Source: Bacillota bacterium (lineage in GTDB: Bacteria; Bacillota; Dethiobacteria; DTU022). Taken from it: a stretch of DNA of 64,000 bases. A program made the position numbers and the translations under genes. Shown here piece after piece: positions 9,783-19,198 of this stretch. The notes beneath the pieces are model-generated. The model made no database searches. It had not been told where the DNA came from and worked only from the letters and a program-made list of their open reading frames with translations. The stretch lies in assembly GCA_011389985.1 (NCBI GenBank), contig JAABTH010000001.1:4158-68157 (forward strand), given 5' to 3'. Numbering within the stretch: the stretch's first letter is position 1; each line of letters opens with the position of its first letter.

Positions 9783-11453
9783 TTACACTTCTATATCCCG
9801 GTATCGGTTTGGAGCGATTCTGATTAGGATAAGATAAAGCATCGCTCCAATTGCCAGCGAAACAGCGGCAACGGCAAGGTACACAGCAAGGTCTGCACCG
9901 GATACCTGGTAAACGAGCCAACCGGCCAAAAATAATAGGGTATAGATCACTCCACCGGCAAGCATAGCTAAAAGAACATTAATATTCTGTTTGATCGCTT
10001 TTTGGGGGTTATCCCAGTTCAGGTAGGGCCTGAGCAGATCGATCAGCAAACTGACAACAATAGCCGGTAGGCCGGCTAGCAGGCCGATTACGATAACCAA
10101 GAGCAGTTCTGCCAGCCCCAGGGGCAGGAGAACAAAGCTGACCAGCAAAACAAGAGGGATACTTAATGCAGACATCATGTAGCCGTATAATATTTTACCG
10201 TTAACCTGCTCTTTAGCGCTGACGGGGATAACCTGGGAAATCCAGAATTGACTGCCTTCACGCGAGTAGGAACTAGAAGCAGCAGGTGTGAATAGTGCCA
10301 TAACTGCAATAAAGCCAGCCAGTGCGCTAACCTGAACCAGGCGGGGAATTTCGCTGCGTAGCGAGTCGATCAAAGTGGTCAGGGCTCCACCGCTGATCAG
10401 TGGAACAACCAGAATCACCGGGACAATTACCAGGATCGCAAGGCTATTAAATAGATAAACAGGGGTGCGCAAAAGATATTTTATTTCACGCATGGCAATT
10501 GCTACTGCCGGTGTTGATGAGGAGTTTAGCTTTTGCGCCATTACATCCTTAGAAAGAGCTTTGCCCTTGCTGACTTCATTACCACCAATTAGCCCGCGGT
10601 AAAAAAGCTTCTGCCCGGCCATAAATACAAGCGCAGCTCCAGCCAGGTTCAGCAGCAGGAAATAGAGGAACCAGATTAATTTCGCGGGGCCTGCTGATGA
10701 CAGGGCGCGTACCGCAAGTAAGGCGGGCGGGTAGATACGGGTTATGTGCATCAGCAGCCCCTCACTTTTTAGCAGCAGGTCCTCGATGTAGGCTATTTCT
10801 TCTCCCTCGGGGATGCCGGTCAGGAAGTAGTTAAGCAGGAAGATGAGCAGCAAAAAGAAGACCATGCCGATTATTCTTAAGGTGTCGCGTTTTCTGCTTA
10901 GATTTGTTAGGCTCATCAACGCAAGGGTAAAAAGTGTGGCCACTCCTAAGGGAATGATTGGTGTGAGCAGGAACACCAGTAGAGCAATGATCCAGTAAAG
11001 AAGACCTGCTCCGCTGCCAATACCAAAAACCCAGATTGCCGGAATCAGAAATGGCGCTATGGTCAGGTATTCATAAACAATGATTAGGGCAAATTTTGAA
11101 CCCATAATCGTGCCCGGCTGCAGGGGCAGGGGTACCAGGATGCTTAGATCTCTGGAAAAGAAAAAGACAGAAAGAACAGCAGTCAGGCCAAAAAAAAGCA
11201 CCAACATGGAAGAAATCATTAAACCTGTTGCCAGCACAATTTCAGGCTGACCAAGTTCAGCTGTAATTTGGTAAGCTCCCTGAAGCAGCCTCAGATAGAG
11301 GAAGAATATAGGGCCCAGGCTGAAGAGAACCAGGGCGACGATACCAACTGCACCGAGAAATTTTTTCAAATCATGCTTCATGTACCAACGCAGGGCTGAA
11401 AGCCCAAGATTTATTCTTAACTGGATCAGAATCAATTTAAAAATGTTCATCAT
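9783..11453 (-). CDS. ABC-2 type exporter permease
   Basis: 556-aa multi-TM protein with DL..L.PLP and SREG motifs; coupled to the ABC ATPase. Confidence 0.85.
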   Translation of the reverse strand: MMNIFKLILIQLRINLGLSALRWYMKHDLKKFLGAVGIVALVLFSLGPIFFLYLRLLQGAYQITAELGQPEIVLATGLMISSMLVLFFGLTAVLSVFFFSRDLSILVPLPLQPGTIMGSKFALIIVYEYLTIAPFLIPAIWVFGIGSGAGLLYWIIALLVFLLTPIIPLGVATLFTLALMSLTNLSRKRDTLRIIGMVFFLLLIFLLNYFLTGIPEGEEIAYIEDLLLKSEGLLMHITRIYPPALLAVRALSSAGPAKLIWFLYFLLLNLAGAALVFMAGQKLFYRGLIGGNEVSKGKALSKDVMAQKLNSSSTPAVAIAMREIKYLLRTPVYLFNSLAILVIVPVILVVPLISGGALTTLIDSLRSEIPRLVQVSALAGFIAVMALFTPAASSSYSREGSQFWISQVIPVSAKEQVNGKILYGYMMSALSIPLVLLVSFVLLPLGLAELLLVIVIGLLAGLPAIVVSLLIDLLRPYLNWDNPQKAIKQNINVLLAMLAGGVIYTLLFLAGWLVYQVSGADLAVYLAVAAVSLAIGAMLYLILIRIAPNRYRDIEV

Positions 11454-12172
11454 TCAGTCAACTCCAGGAAGATATTTTCAAGGTTTTCCCGGTTGGCGGC
11501 CATTGTCTTAAGCTCATCCATAGTGCCGCAGGCAATAAGGCGGCCCTTATTTATTATGCCAATCCGGTCGCATAACTTTTCAGCCACTTCGAGAACGTGG
11601 GTGGAGAAAAAGACTGTTTTGCCTGCATTACAGTGTTCGCGCATGTATTTTTTCAGGTTGTTCGATGAACGGGGATCAAGCCCAACCATCGGTTCATCAA
11701 GAATGAACAGGTCGGGTTCATGAAGCATGGCCCCGACTAAAACAATTTTTTGCCGCATTCCGTGGGAATATGATTGGATCAGGTCGCCTACAGCATCGCT
11801 CAGCGAAAAGAGATCAAGCAGATAGGTCAGCCTTTCGCGGCGCAGCTCCGCAGGAACAGAATAAACATCGCCCATAAAGTTCAAGTATTCAATTCCGGTC
11901 AGCTTTTCGTAAACTTCCGGGCTGTCGGGAACGAAACTGATTGCCCTTTTAACCTCCAGCGGGTTATCCATTATTGATATTCCATTAATGGCAACTGTTC
12001 CACTGTCCGGTTTGAGCAGCCCCACCATCATCTTGATCGTGGTTGTTTTTCCGGCCCCGTTAGGGCCCAGAAAACCGAAGATTTCACCATTATTAACGGT
12101 CAGGTTTAAATCATCGACAGCCTTGACCGTTCCCTTGTTGTAGCTTTTGGAAAGATTATTGATTACAATCAT
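11450..12172 (-). CDS. ABC transporter ATP-binding protein
   Basis: GPNGAGKTT, YSHGMRQK, LDEPMVGLD. Confidence 0.95.
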   Translation of the reverse strand: MIVINNLSKSYNKGTVKAVDDLNLTVNNGEIFGFLGPNGAGKTTTIKMMVGLLKPDSGTVAINGISIMDNPLEVKRAISFVPDSPEVYEKLTGIEYLNFMGDVYSVPAELRRERLTYLLDLFSLSDAVGDLIQSYSHGMRQKIVLVGAMLHEPDLFILDEPMVGLDPRSSNNLKKYMREHCNAGKTVFFSTHVLEVAEKLCDRIGIINKGRLIACGTMDELKTMAANRENLENIFLELTE

Positions 12173-12202
12173 ATTGGTACCTCCACAAATTTCATTTGAC
12201 GA

Positions 12203-12604
12203 TTAATAGAAATAAAGTGTGGCTGCCAGAATAATCAGGCCGATTGCCGAAGCGGCGATATCAATCAAGATTACACCACGGCCCCGATCTTTACGCAGCA
12301 TAGCCGCAACTGTCTTCTGGAATTTTTGGTAATTTAGCAGCAAAATCAGAGCTTTAACCGCGGTCAGAGAAAATAGGACGGTCAGGTAAATAGAGTTTGT
12401 AATATCTAAGGTAAAGTGCATATACCAGGTCAGAGCAACTAAGGCCAGGCCGAGCAGGGCAATAACCACTATGTAGGGTGGGCGTTTTTCTGAGTAAAAT
12501 TTTTCGATAAAGCTATTTTCATCCCAGGGCAGAATGTGCATGTAAAAAGGTTTAAGAAAGGCTGCCAAACCGAAGATTATGCCGAGTACTTTAAAGTAGT
12601 TCAT
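12203..12604 (-). CDS. Hypothetical 4-TM membrane protein (paralog of 12626-13027)
   Basis: 133 aa, MNYFKVLGIIFGL...; co-linear with its neighbour. Confidence 0.8.
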   Translation of the reverse strand: MNYFKVLGIIFGLAAFLKPFYMHILPWDENSFIEKFYSEKRPPYIVVIALLGLALVALTWYMHFTLDITNSIYLTVLFSLTAVKALILLLNYQKFQKTVAAMLRKDRGRGVILIDIAASAIGLIILAATLYFY

Positions 12605-12625
12605 AACTTTTACCTCCCAGTAAAA

Positions 12626-13027
12626 TTAGTAAAGTAGAAATCCGATTAAAAGTGATGCTATTCCCAAGATTAGAGCAAATAAGTTGATCAGGGCCAGGGT
12701 TTTGCGATCTTTTTCCAGCACCCTCACTACAAAGGCCCGGAATTGTTTGTAGTTGAAAAGCACTTGTGACATTTTAACCAAAGTCAGGGTCACAAACAGG
12801 GTGATAACAATGGAATAGGGAATATCTGCAGTGAAGTGCTTATACCAGGTGAAGGCCACCAGGCCAAGACCGAAAAGCCCGATATACCAGACCCAGCGGG
12901 GTTGTTTTTCCGTGTAAGCAGTATTTAGCTCAAAAGTGTTCCATTGCTTCGGGAAAAACTGAATCGCCGGTCGGGTTAGGATCAGGATCAAACCAAAAAT
13001 AATGCTTAAAACCTGAAAGTAGTTCAT
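12626..13027 (-). CDS. Hypothetical 4-TM membrane protein (paralog of 12203-12604)
   Basis: 133 aa, MNYFQVLSIIFGL...; overlaps the TetR stop. Confidence 0.8.
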   Translation of the reverse strand: MNYFQVLSIIFGLILILTRPAIQFFPKQWNTFELNTAYTEKQPRWVWYIGLFGLGLVAFTWYKHFTADIPYSIVITLFVTLTLVKMSQVLFNYKQFRAFVVRVLEKDRKTLALINLFALILGIASLLIGFLLY

Positions 13028-13683
13028 TTTAAATCCTCCTTGTTGCTGTTTTTTTGCAAGCCTTTTTTCAGGAATGCTGACAGCTTGAGAGTCTCCTCTT
13101 TTAAAGCCCTGCTGTCATCAGCCATGAACTCTTCAAAGTCAGGATAGAGATCCATGAAATGCAACAGGTTAAATTTTAAAATACGAATGACAAAATCCCT
13201 GTCGAAATAATCCCTGATTTCACCCGCTTTAATCGCTTCATCAACCATGGCTATTACGTAATCTTCAAAGGCTCTGTTTAGATCTCCAAACAGTCTTTCT
13301 TTAAGCGGCCCTTCAGCCATGTTTTGCAGGTGAACGCTCAGCTGGTGCTGACGGTAATGCTGCATGGCAAAATCGACGGAGGCCAGCATTTGAAATTCCA
13401 GATTTTCAAAGAAGTTCATTTCTTCAAACGGTTTGCCCAATTCGGCCAGGGCCTGCTTTAGAAAGATCGCTTTCATCTTCAGGATCTGGTCGATCAGGTA
13501 TAAGTAGAGGTCTTCCTTGTTGGCAAAATAATGGTACATGCTGCCCTTCGAAATGCCGGCCCTGGCAATGATGTTGTTAAGAGACGCCGCTTCAAAATCC
13601 TTTTCGGCATACTCGTCGAGCGCGGCATCAATGATCCTGTTCTGTTCCTCCGTTGTTAAATTGAGAAAACCTTGTTTGACCAA
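13024..13683 (-). CDS. TetR/AcrR family regulator
   Basis: ASLNNIIARAGISKGSMYHYFANKEDL HTH. Confidence 0.95.
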   Translation of the reverse strand: MVKQGFLNLTTEEQNRIIDAALDEYAEKDFEAASLNNIIARAGISKGSMYHYFANKEDLYLYLIDQILKMKAIFLKQALAELGKPFEEMNFFENLEFQMLASVDFAMQHYRQHQLSVHLQNMAEGPLKERLFGDLNRAFEDYVIAMVDEAIKAGEIRDYFDRDFVIRILKFNLLHFMDLYPDFEEFMADDSRALKEETLKLSAFLKKGLQKNSNKEDLK

Positions 13684-13692
13684 TAGATTACC

Positions 13693-13730
13693 TCCTTAGA
13701 CCAGGCAGTCTAGACCGCCTGGTCTAAGGA
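13693..13730. promoter_or_regulatory. TetR double operator (38-bp palindrome)
   Basis: TCCTTAGACCAGGCAGTCTAGACCGCCTGGTCTAAGGA, one mismatched pair; two overlapping TAGACC-N4-RGTCTA units touching the TetR RBS. Confidence 0.8.
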
Positions 13731-13813
13731 TAACATTTCACTTCCAAAAAAGCAATAGCTTTTTAAAAAAATATCGTACGAAATATATTGCCATAGATTG
13801 CTACAATTGGGAT

Positions 13814-13839
13814 AACACGAGGTGATGGTTCTGAGTGAC
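13814..13839 (+). repeat. Highly degenerate REP-like repeat R4
   Basis: AACACGAGGTGATGGTTCTGAGTGAC; the 5' half and GGTTCT core match the consensus, the 3' arm is eroded. Confidence 0.5.
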
Positions 13840-14131
13840 CTCCTTAAGATGACAGAAATTAAGTACGGTTAAAGCAGACACATTTTTCATTAATCTATTA
13901 TAGAGAGGCTTGAAGGCAGACTCTCAAACGCTATTTGTGGTTTTCAATTGTATTAAATGTATACCAACCTTTTAATATAGAAATTCCAGTTTTTAGAAAG
14001 CATCTAAATGGTATTTTGCATCCGTTAAGATTAAAAATGAGAAATCTCATAATTTTGACAGCTTCAGCAAAATTTTGATATGATCATAAAAAGATAAAAG
14101 TTCACAATACAATGCCTGGGAGGTGAATATA

Positions 14132-14380
14132 TTGGGAATCCTGGCTTGGATTATTGTTGGAGCTATCGCTGGTCTGCTCGCTAACCTAATTATTGGTGGC
14201 GGGTTTGGATTGATTGGTAATATCCTGCTTGGAATAGTCGGAGCTCTGGTAGGCGGTTGGCTTTCCACCTCTATTTTGAGTTTGCCTTATGATGTTACTG
14301 GTATTAACTTAATTTCAATTCTGGTGGCAACTGGAGGAGCTGTTGTTGTATTATTTGTAGTTAATTTATTAAGACGATAA
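14132..14380 (+). CDS. GlsB/YeaQ/YmgE (transglycosylase-associated) membrane protein
   Basis: GGAGGTG RBS + TTG; MGILAWIIVGAIAGLLA...NILLGIVGALVGG. Confidence 0.9.
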   Translation: MGILAWIIVGAIAGLLANLIIGGGFGLIGNILLGIVGALVGGWLSTSILSLPYDVTGINLISILVATGGAVVVLFVVNLLRR

Positions 14381-14414
14381 GTATAAATAGAGATGAGTGA
14401 AAAGAGAGGTAAAA

Positions 14415-14585
14415 ATGATAGCTAAAATATTAGGAGCTACAAAAAATTTGGGGATGCTGTTGCTTGGTATCTGGCTGATACTAAACGGGCTTTTGCAGTT
14501 GTTCGATTTTGCAATTCCCGGAGGAGGAACCATCATGGCCCTACTGGCCCTCGCAGCCGGAGTTTTAATTTTACTTGGCAAGTAG
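14415..14585 (+). CDS. Small 2-TM hypothetical protein
   Basis: GAGAGG RBS; NLGMLLLGIWLILNGL...LALAAGVLILLGK. Confidence 0.7.
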   Translation: MIAKILGATKNLGMLLLGIWLILNGLLQLFDFAIPGGGTIMALLALAAGVLILLGK

Positions 14586-14688
14586 AGTCTTTAATCAGTA
14601 GAGCCTTGAATCAATAAACGTAAAAAAGTGAGGATTCTATATGATAGAAGTTGATGACCAAAGTTAGGCAGGAAAGAAGAGTGCATAA

Positions 14689-15951
14689 TTGAGAATCTCT
14701 TATTTTTTATACGTTTTATTAGTTATATTGACACTATCTGGTAGTGCCTGTAACGGGTTGGAAGAAAGTACTCTGGAGACTGAGCCGGATAATAATATTA
14801 CCGGGGAAATAGATCCAGAACCTGAACGGGGAGCAGATAGTTTAGATGATTTAACTGTTGAAGAGCTGCCTGTTGCTGACCAAATTGAAAACCGGTTTGA
14901 ACCGGAATTTGTTTTTCAGGGAGCGGAATTTATCCGACCCTTACTGCTGACAGAAGCCGGAGATGAAAGCGGACGATTATTTGTAGTTGAACAGGCCGGG
15001 TTAATCTATGTAATGGCGGGAATAGACACACAGGAAAAAGTGCTTTTCCTTGATATTAGTGATTCGATTGACGACAGTGGTAATGAAATGGGACTTTTAG
15101 GGTTGGCTTTTCACCCTGATTATGTTAATAATGGCTATTTTTTTGTTAACTACACAGACAGAGAGGGAACAGTGGTAGCACGTTTTACGTCTGTAGGAAG
15201 TGATGCAAATCCAGAAAGTCATGAGACTGTTCTTAGTTTTAACCAACCATATAGCAATCATAATGGAGGACATATTGAATTCGGGCCGGATGGATTTCTT
15301 TACATAGCTACAGGCGATGGAGGTAGCGGTGGTGATCCACAGGGACATGCGCAGAATCGCCAGACTCTTTATGGCAATATCCTGCGCATTGATATTGATA
15401 ATCAGGGACCGCTGGGTAGCTATTCTATCCCGCCGGATAACCCCTTTGTTGGGAATCGTGATGATTTTCGTGAAGAAATATATGCCTATGGTTTGAGAAA
15501 TCCCTGGCGTTTCAGCTTTGATCCATTAACCGGTCAGCTATGGGCAGCTGATGTGGGGCAAAATGCAGTAGAAGAAATAAATGTTATTGAAAAGGGTAAA
15601 AATTATGGTTGGAATATCATGGAAGGAAGCCAGTGTTATGATCCGCCCAATAATTGCGACACTGCCGGTCTTGAAATGCCTGTATTTGAGTACTCCCATT
15701 CCCTTGGGCGTTCGATAACCGGCGGTTATGTATACCGGGGAACGGAACATCCATTACTAAAAGGCGCATATATATATGCTGATTTTATTACTGGCCTGAT
15801 CTGGGCTTTATGGTACCAAGATGGAGAAGTAAAAGCAAATTATGTTCTTGCTGATACTGGGTTAAACATATCTTCATTTGGTGTGGGTGAGCATAATGAA
15901 CTTTATTTCACTGCTTTCGATGGTTATGTATACAAATTAGTTTATAACTAA
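14689..15951 (+). CDS. PQQ-dependent sugar dehydrogenase (GSDH family) lipoprotein
   Basis: Lipobox-like GSAC; GLLGLAFHP, NHNGG, GLRNPWR, NYGW. Confidence 0.9.
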   Translation: MRISYFLYVLLVILTLSGSACNGLEESTLETEPDNNITGEIDPEPERGADSLDDLTVEELPVADQIENRFEPEFVFQGAEFIRPLLLTEAGDESGRLFVVEQAGLIYVMAGIDTQEKVLFLDISDSIDDSGNEMGLLGLAFHPDYVNNGYFFVNYTDREGTVVARFTSVGSDANPESHETVLSFNQPYSNHNGGHIEFGPDGFLYIATGDGGSGGDPQGHAQNRQTLYGNILRIDIDNQGPLGSYSIPPDNPFVGNRDDFREEIYAYGLRNPWRFSFDPLTGQLWAADVGQNAVEEINVIEKGKNYGWNIMEGSQCYDPPNNCDTAGLEMPVFEYSHSLGRSITGGYVYRGTEHPLLKGAYIYADFITGLIWALWYQDGEVKANYVLADTGLNISSFGVGEHNELYFTAFDGYVYKLVYN

Positions 15952-16854
15952 ACATGCCACAGAAACATTTATATAGTAAATATGCATTTATGAAAGCGAA
16001 GATGGCTGACTAACATCTTCAAACAGTGATATAAAGAAACATTCGTCCTTTTAGTGGAAGTATTGAAAAGAAAAGTCAGGAGAAACTGCCTCAAAACAGA
16101 TAGTTATTTTTATTGGTTTAACTTTGGAATATTGTCCTCAAAACAAATGATAAGTTTAGATTTTGCTAGTTCAAATGATGCAAACGTGGTTATAACTTCA
16201 TAAGATCTGGTATTTCAAAACCTGATTCCCATCGATGATTTCGAGAGTTATAAAAAAAACTTTACAAAGATGAAATCATTTGCGATAATCGTTATTAGTT
16301 TTATATGTAGTGGAATAGAACAAACAGGTAACTGGATATTGTAAAGGAGACCGATATAATGAAGGCAAAAGAAAGTAACAGCCAAACTACTTCAAACAAG
16401 AAAGGGATGACAAGAATAGGAGCCACCAATTATTATCCCTGCACAAACATTGCTGTCAGGCATATTTGTATGCAACATTGCCGAAAATGCTTTTTTGAAA
16501 TTGCATATTGCCAAAAATAATTTAGTACTAGCAATTTATAGTTTCATGCCAATACAGATTTTATTATAATTACGGTTCTGGTCTTGACAGAAGTGATTTC
16601 GCTGTTGGATGTAGCCGTTTTATGATGATTACTTCGCCAGTGGTTTAATCGCACCGGGTTCACTTGTTTCAGAAGTGCGCAGAGCTCTGAGTTCAGGGTT
16701 TAGGCAGGGCTTTGACTCAGGTTAAATACGGCCGGGATGTAGCAACTAATAGTAACAATGCATTGAATATGTTTTAATTTAGTTTAGGCAAAGTGCATTT
16801 GGTAGTTAACTATATAAAATAATTTACCAACAAAAAAAGTGTGATCGTAAATTA

Positions 16855-16898
16855 AGAACAAGGGATGGGAATCAATAATGATCGCCATCCCTTGTTCT
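16855..16898. terminator. Hairpin, probable terminator downstream of the LapA-family gene
   Basis: AGAACAAGGGATGG...CCATCCCTTGTTCT, perfect 14-bp arms. Confidence 0.6.
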
Positions 16899-16942
16899 CT
16901 TTGTTTGAAAACTTTATTTATGTTTACTACGTCTCTTGAAGG

Positions 16943-17464
16943 TTAATCTCTTTCGCTGTTCTCTTCGCGTTCTTTTTGCTGCTTTAATAATTCCTCTTCT
17001 AATCTTTTCTTTTCAGCTTCTAACTCGGTTTGTTCTTGCACTGCGGATTCTTCACGTTCTTTTTGTTGTCTGTTTAGCTCTTCTTCAAGTTTTTTCTTTT
17101 CAGCTTCTAACTCTGCCTGCGCTTTTGCAGCAGCTTCTTCACGTTCTTTCTGCATTTTGTTTAACTCGTTTTCAAGCTTTTTGTTTTCATTCTCTAGAGT
17201 TTTTATTTGTTGTTGCAGCTCTTTTTTGAGACCGCGTTCAGCCTGAGAGCCCATGTACTTTTGAATACTGCGAAATATACCAAAAAAGATCATAACCAGA
17301 ACTCCAGCAGCAGCAGAACCAAGGATCACCATAGACAAGGTGAGGTTTGACTGGTCTAAAAGATAGTTTAATGTGACAGCTTCGGTATTGATTATAGCTA
17401 CAACAGCGATAACTATTGCAAGAATTAAAGCTAACGCAAGAAATATCATTCTCATTTTTATCAT
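16943..17464 (-). CDS. LapA/DUF1049 family membrane protein with repetitive coiled-coil tail
   Basis: IN.E.VTLNYL...L..VILGS...G; three repeats of LE.E.KKLE.EL..QKEREE. Confidence 0.8.
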   Translation of the reverse strand: MIKMRMIFLALALILAIVIAVVAIINTEAVTLNYLLDQSNLTLSMVILGSAAAGVLVMIFFGIFRSIQKYMGSQAERGLKKELQQQIKTLENENKKLENELNKMQKEREEAAAKAQAELEAEKKKLEEELNRQQKEREESAVQEQTELEAEKKRLEEELLKQQKEREENSERD

Positions 17465-17533
17465 TCCTTTCTATTTATCTGTGGTCATATAGTAATTATA
17501 GTATATCACAAAATACATGTTTAACACAGCAGT

Positions 17534-17560
17534 AACACAGGGGGACGGTTCTTTTGTGTT
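17534..17560 (+). repeat. REP-like repeat R5 (left flank of RAYT)
   Basis: AACACAGGGGGACGGTTCTTTTGTGTT, preceded by partial copy AACACAGCAGT. Confidence 0.9.
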
Positions 17561-17603
17561 GCTTTCTGCTTTCTTTTTTGTTATTGTTAGTCAGGGTGAT
17601 CAC

Positions 17604-18359
17604 ATGCCAAGAAACGTAAGGGTAAAAAGCAGTTCCGGTATATACCATATAATCCTCAGGGGGATCAATAAACAACGTATTTTCGAAGATGATGAAGATA
17701 GCCGTTATTTTCTGAAAAAACTAAAAACCTATAAAGAAATAAGCGAGTATGAAGTATATGCTTACTGCTTGATGAATAATCATGTTCATCTTTTGCTAAA
17801 AGAAGGTGAAGAAAGTGTAGGGACAGTATTTCGTAGGATAGGGGCAAGCTATGTCTACTGGTATAATCAGAAATATAACAGAACCGGTCATCTATTTCAG
17901 GACCGTTTTAGAAGTGAACCGGTAGAAACTGATCAGTATTTTCTTACAGTTATGAGATACATACATCAGAATCCGATTAAAGCTGGAATTGTAGAGAAGA
18001 TAGAGGACTATCTGTGGAGTAGTTACCGGGAGTATAGCCAAAAACCGGTGATATGTGATACTAAATTTGTTTTAAATATGTTCTCTAAAGTTTCGAAAGA
18101 TGCTTTAGACTTATGGGTTAAGTTTATTAATGAAAAGAACAATGACCAATGTTTGGAGTATGATGGTGGAAGATTGAATGATGATGAGGCCACAGAACTG
18201 ATTAAAACTGTTGCCAAAATAAAAACCCCTACAGATATTCAGGCTTATGAAAAGCAAAAAAGGAATATGTTAATTAAATTGCTAAAGCAAAAGGGTTTAT
18301 CTATTAGGCAAATTGAAAGATTAACCGGTATAAGCTTTGGGATTATTAGGGGAGCATAA
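17604..18359 (+). mobile_element. REP-associated tyrosine transposase (RAYT/TnpA-REP, Y1 HUH) with C-terminal HTH
   Basis: MPR, YHIILRGIN, YCLMNNHVHLL (HUH), GHLFQDRF, RYIHQNPIKAG (catalytic Tyr), WSSY; C-terminal GLSIRQIERLTG HTH; flanked by inverted repeats R5/R6. Confidence 0.92.
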
Positions 18360-18383
18360 ATGATGACGGTTGCATTGTATTTC

Positions 18384-18410
18384 AACACAAAAGAACCGTC
18401 CCTCTGTGTT
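18384..18410 (-). repeat. REP-like repeat R6 (right flank of RAYT, reversed)
   Basis: AACACAAAAGAACCGTCCCTCTGTGTT; reverse complement AACACAGAGGGACGGTTCTTTTGTGTT. Confidence 0.9.
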
Positions 18411-18443
18411 CTCCCTGTAGTTTGAACGAAGGGATATTTAACA

Positions 18444-19067
18444 TTGAGCAAAAAGAATAGTAGTTTATTATTCAATTCAATAGCGCCTGTATATGGATTA
18501 TTTTATGATGCGCAGAAAAAGCGGTTTGCTGAAGTTATAGAAGGGGTAGAGAAAGAGCTGGATTTGTCATCTTTTGAAACTATCATTGATATTGGATGCG
18601 GAACAGGCGCGTTATGTTCAGTTTTAAATGATAAGGGTCTGTCAGTGACCGGTATCGACCCGGCCGATAAGATGTTAGAAATAGCCAGAAATAAACAGGA
18701 GAACAAAGATATTAGTTTTATTCAGGCCGATGTTCTTGAAGGGTTGCCTTTTGATGACAAAAGTTTTGATATTGCCATCGCCAGTTATGTGGCTCATGGA
18801 TTAAAGGCTGAGGAAAGAAAGCGAATGTATGCTGAAATGAGTCGTGTTACAAATCAGTGGGTGGTAATATATGATTATAATGATGAAAGGTCATTATTGA
18901 TTACAATTATTGAATGGTTGGAAGGCGGTGACTACTTCCACTTCATTAAATATGCCGAACCTGAAATGAGAGATTGTGTTTCAGAGATGAAAAGCTGTTT
19001 TTCGGAGGTAAAAGTAATCAATGTGGATACAAGAGCAGCCTGGTATATCTGTAAACCTTATGCGTGA
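18444..19067 (+). CDS. Class I SAM-dependent methyltransferase
   Basis: IIDIGCGTG motif I, LPFDDKSFD motif. Confidence 0.9.
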   Translation: MSKKNSSLLFNSIAPVYGLFYDAQKKRFAEVIEGVEKELDLSSFETIIDIGCGTGALCSVLNDKGLSVTGIDPADKMLEIARNKQENKDISFIQADVLEGLPFDDKSFDIAIASYVAHGLKAEERKRMYAEMSRVTNQWVVIYDYNDERSLLITIIEWLEGGDYFHFIKYAEPEMRDCVSEMKSCFSEVKVINVDTRAAWYICKPYA

Positions 19068-19133
19068 TGGAATCTCAGGAAGCATAAAAGATCACAAAAT
19101 CGCCCACCTGTGCAATTTGCCCGGTGTCAATTT

Positions 19134-19171
19134 AACACAAAAGAACCGTCCCCTTGTGTTGCCCTTGTGTT
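19134..19171 (-). repeat. REP-like repeat R7 (reversed) plus partial tandem copy
   Basis: AACACAAAAGAACCGTCCCCTTGTGTT followed by GCCCTTGTGTT. Confidence 0.9.
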
Positions 19172-19198
19172 ATGTTTTATGAAATGAGGTCTTAGTGT

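Noticed and set aside
16855-16898. Hairpin as another REP-like copy (AACAAGGGATGG)
   Set aside because: Lacks the GGTTCTTT core, and its position fits a terminator.
16960-17200. Tandem DNA repeat
   Set aside because: Explained by the three coiled-coil peptide repeats of the LapA-family protein.
17604-18359. Ordinary IS200/IS605 TnpA
   Set aside because: Longer than IS200 TnpA, has RAYT-type NP.KAG/WSSY motifs and a C-terminal HTH, and no tnpB is adjacent.
19130-19164. Repeats as integron attC sites (AAC...GTT ends)
   Set aside because: Only 27 nt, well below attC length; no L boxes and no tyrosine-recombinase integrase; the associated enzyme is an HUH RAYT.
4353-19171. 27-nt repeats as a CRISPR array
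   Set aside because: Spacing is 0.7-5.6 kb with whole genes between copies, both orientations occur, and no cas genes are present.
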